From an uncultured Gemmatimonadota bacterium (GTDB lineage: Bacteria > SM23-81): DNA of 17,811 nucleotides. Both the position numbers and the translations under genes were made by a program. The notes beneath the pieces are model-generated. The model saw only the letters and a program-made list of their open reading frames with translations. It searched no databases and was not told where the DNA came from. The stretch spans positions 1 through 17,811 of the forward strand of contig CAZOYL010000047.1 of assembly GCA_964584035.1 (NCBI GenBank), read 5' to 3'. Positions 16,301-17,811 of this stretch are shown here, in pieces (the first letter of the stretch is position 1; every line of letters begins with the position of its first letter).

Positions 16301-17811
16301 CGATGTTGCCCTGACGCCGGCTCCCAGCGGCACCGTGTCGGGTGTCTGTTATGAGACCGGAACGGGCACGCCCCTGAACGCCACTCTCCGCGTTTACCGT
16401 GGCGACGACATGAGCCTGTATACCACCATCTATTCCGACTCGGCCGCCGCCGGAGCATACAGCGTCGGACTTCCCTACTTCGACTACGTCTTACGGGTGA
16501 CCTGCTACCAGCACAAGCCCATCACTCGCAGCATCACGGTGGACGAGCCAGCCGAGACGGAAGATTTCAAGATGGAGGTGACCAGCGGCAACATCCTGGT
16601 CATCAATGACGATGACGGCTCCAAGGATCTGCTGCCCAAACGTGATAAGGAAGGGCGTCTGGTGACCCGGCAGGCAATGATCTCCGGACAGGAGACCAAG
16701 GCCGGTGAGACGGCCGCGGCCATGTCCGCTCTGCTGGAGGAGGTGGGATATTACGTGGTCCAGGAAGAGGCCACGGCCACCGATCCGGGCACCTGGGGCA
16801 GCTACGATTTCCTGGTGTGGAGCGATGGCAACGACTCCCAGCCGCTGTCCAACGAACCTGACCGCACCGCTCTGGAAAACTACATCACCGCCGGAGGCAA
16901 GCTCCTCATCGAGGGAGGCGAGGTGGGCTACGACGCACTGAGCTATCCGGGATATCCCACCTTTGCCGCCAATGTGCTGCACGCCAGCAGCTGGGGCGGC
17001 GACGATTCCGGCAATCTGGGCATCGTCTCCGGAATGGAATCCCACCCCGTGGCCAGCACTCCCAACACGCTGCCGTCCGCCATCGGCATCACCTACTCCG
17101 ATTATGGTGACCAGGACGCCTGTTCGCCGGCCAGCGAGGCCTATGCGGTCTACGACTGTGCCTCCGACCCCGGCGATGCCGGCGTGCTGGTGTATGACGA
17201 TACTCCATCTCCGGAATCGGCCCAGGTCGTCTTTTACTGTTTCAACTGGGCGGCCCTGAGCGATTCCACCACCCGGGCCCAGTTGCTGGAGAACACCGCC
17301 GCCTACCTGCTGGCCCAGGAGACGCCGCCCACCGGTGGCATCTCCGGCGCGGTGGATCTGAAGGGCACCAATGACGAGAGCGGCGTGGTCGTGACCGCCT
17401 CCAGCGGGGCCAAGTTCACCCGTTCCGATACCACCGGGACTGACGGCAGCTACCTGATCGACAACCTGTATAATGCCACCTACATGGTGACGGCCCATAA
17501 GCTGGGATACGTGGATTCCTCGGCCAGCGACGTCGTGGTGGCCGGGGGAGGAGTGACCACGGGTGTGGATTTCAACCTGTATCCTCAGCAGGTTATCTTC
17601 TTCATGGACTTCGAGGGAAGCGGATATTTATCGCCGACCGGCGACTGGGAGTGGGGTGAGCCCACCAGCGGTCCCGGCAGCGCGTATTCCGGCTCCAAGG
17701 CCTGGGCCACCGTCCTGAATGGGAATTACACCAATAGCTCCAATTCGCAGCTGAACACCGACGGCATCGATCTGACCGGCTATACCCAGGCCACCCTGAC
17801 CTTCTGGAGCT
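13329..17811 (+). CDS. Large secreted multidomain protein (>1494 aa, runs off the window): cell-wall-binding-2-like region, divergent C25/clan CD peptidase domain, carboxypeptidase regulatory-like domains, GATase-like alpha/beta domain, start of a MAM-like domain
   Basis: Hand-translated and not in the ORF track; I found no stop from ATG 13329 (GGGAGG at 13315-13320) to the window end. Signal MRPYSSAKMFSVILLVLAAALIFTGAQA. Motifs AAVIAALNNAPLLFT, ITGRMP, FMYFSCHGGG, IAYNACDM, GYTTGEA, YVVYGDP, GTLAGTVTDGASG, NILVINDDDG, YDFLVWSDG, LENYITAGGKLLIEGGEVGYD and DWEWGEPTSGPGSAYSGSKAWATVLNGNY. Confidence 0.9.
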   Translation, partial: MRPYSSAKMFSVILLVLAAALIFTGAQAGRDLKPTGFHPRVNIVHLDQGTGDTQYYFLAAVPMTVFHHDGSVYTALLLSDDITDQTVGYMLDDWQAYLDEHPGLDRHINFIGGVSGSIQTAVTTQFGISDPEAVSVIEGTPIEVANEIAEHDWRSSSTVVIAPYVTTLTNHDRESIANAAVIAALNNAPLLFTEVSALSSETLDLMGRLGADQAILVEIDDVISANVNTQLSGAGITVTADLTTESNVVAEIKSLTDQVTVCGLVDATDWQHLPAAFSGALYGGYVLYLPGGLNKMANDLYARVKQDPELSSFYKLTERPSGKGWLKDMEKGIADNFYAWLDGLSGSDPDDLETVITFEPQGTGGGALETTFERSISGDPSDLTRPGAITGRMPLSYRRNLALANRTGMYRATIFANPRPQHVTLAMNAYEVQHTAGYADSWGSSHTVNEVFGWPAAGWTSSNGYFPWDDIHSNPPDLSPILPPPANGSAGHDCGQFASFLQAGYEAHWHSGSGAGTGQHPAQPTVDNMGFVADVSDGSAFMYFSCHGGGTVIAVRNTDNGIAQDSGAPAFGAAYWPDDDERTYDGSAGGDYYQSDLDSDLTNAHGMMIAYNACDMAEGYMNEVLLEHGGTVSIGSYTSVSFDGSGWWWNIWVHLVTSEGYTTGEAATYATARVSDLMTPASKGPDTSLRYVVYGDPNCPFVQAGWTSPTPDPINTNYGGHKPDKPENEFAGSVVPDTITVNVATPVTVTLLDTSGVGVDSVLVTVEGWGVDLSDLTDGSGQAVFNITAPYGEQLMVTGERDAFDTFIDTIFVVGASDFTIAEITCEVSEVGLIDTLTPYYEGIITGVSDQTGFDLLAKGCGLDAGTTAAGDSVDLSVMPTATGVVKGAIAKSGYNIYLENIPCISVYGTLAGTVTDGASGDSLAGVRIKGYNQGADTSLASPVFNVVSDGDGLYTVPDQLAVGLYDLYSQNFGYLNYSDTTRIMYGANVHDVALTPAPSGTVSGVCYETGTGTPLNATLRVYRGDDMSLYTTIYSDSAAAGAYSVGLPYFDYVLRVTCYQHKPITRSITVDEPAETEDFKMEVTSGNILVINDDDGSKDLLPKRDKEGRLVTRQAMISGQETKAGETAAAMSALLEEVGYYVVQEEATATDPGTWGSYDFLVWSDGNDSQPLSNEPDRTALENYITAGGKLLIEGGEVGYDALSYPGYPTFAANVLHASSWGGDDSGNLGIVSGMESHPVASTPNTLPSAIGITYSDYGDQDACSPASEAYAVYDCASDPGDAGVLVYDDTPSPESAQVVFYCFNWAALSDSTTRAQLLENTAAYLLAQETPPTGGISGAVDLKGTNDESGVVVTASSGAKFTRSDTTGTDGSYLIDNLYNATYMVTAHKLGYVDSSASDVVVAGGGVTTGVDFNLYPQQVIFFMDFEGSGYLSPTGDWEWGEPTSGPGSAYSGSKAWATVLNGNYTNSSNSQLNTDGIDLTGYTQATLTFWS

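Noticed and set aside
13323..17498. Series of minus-strand ORFs (172, 281, 175, 283 and 335 aa)
   Set aside because: They are shadows of the continuous plus-strand ORF from 13329, which has an RBS, a signal peptide and recognisable domains.

Overview
GC-rich bacterial DNA. A FlgD-Ig/T9SS-type C-terminal domain suggests an FCB-group lineage, possibly a candidate phylum (inference). The left end holds a nucleoside-salvage pair: the 3' end of a cytosine-deaminase-like amidohydrolase and a uridine-phosphorylase-like gene. Inverted heptamer arrays separate these two genes, and a strong hairpin terminator follows them. The remaining ~16.5 kb is a divergently transcribed cluster of secreted modular proteins. 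The minus strand encodes three apparently non-catalytic proteins (434, 678 and 343 aa) plus a decayed paralogue fragment. The plus strand encodes three peptidases: an M14 carboxypeptidase of the CPE/CPD type, a C25 gingipain-like protease, and a >1494-aa ORF that is missing from the supplied ORF track and carries a divergent gingipain-fold His/Cys dyad. The proteins are linked by shared modules: an FN3-like 'AVDxxGNxSxxSNxVGEFD' domain in four proteins, a 'QVPHTV' domain in two proteins plus the remnant, and a duplicated 'CTAVKxW' domain in two proteins. Only one complete gene has a T9SS-type tail. Three sigma-54-type promoters and one near-consensus sigma-70 promoter are visible. The leading hypothesis, by inference only, is a co-regulated, scaffolded extracellular protease system.
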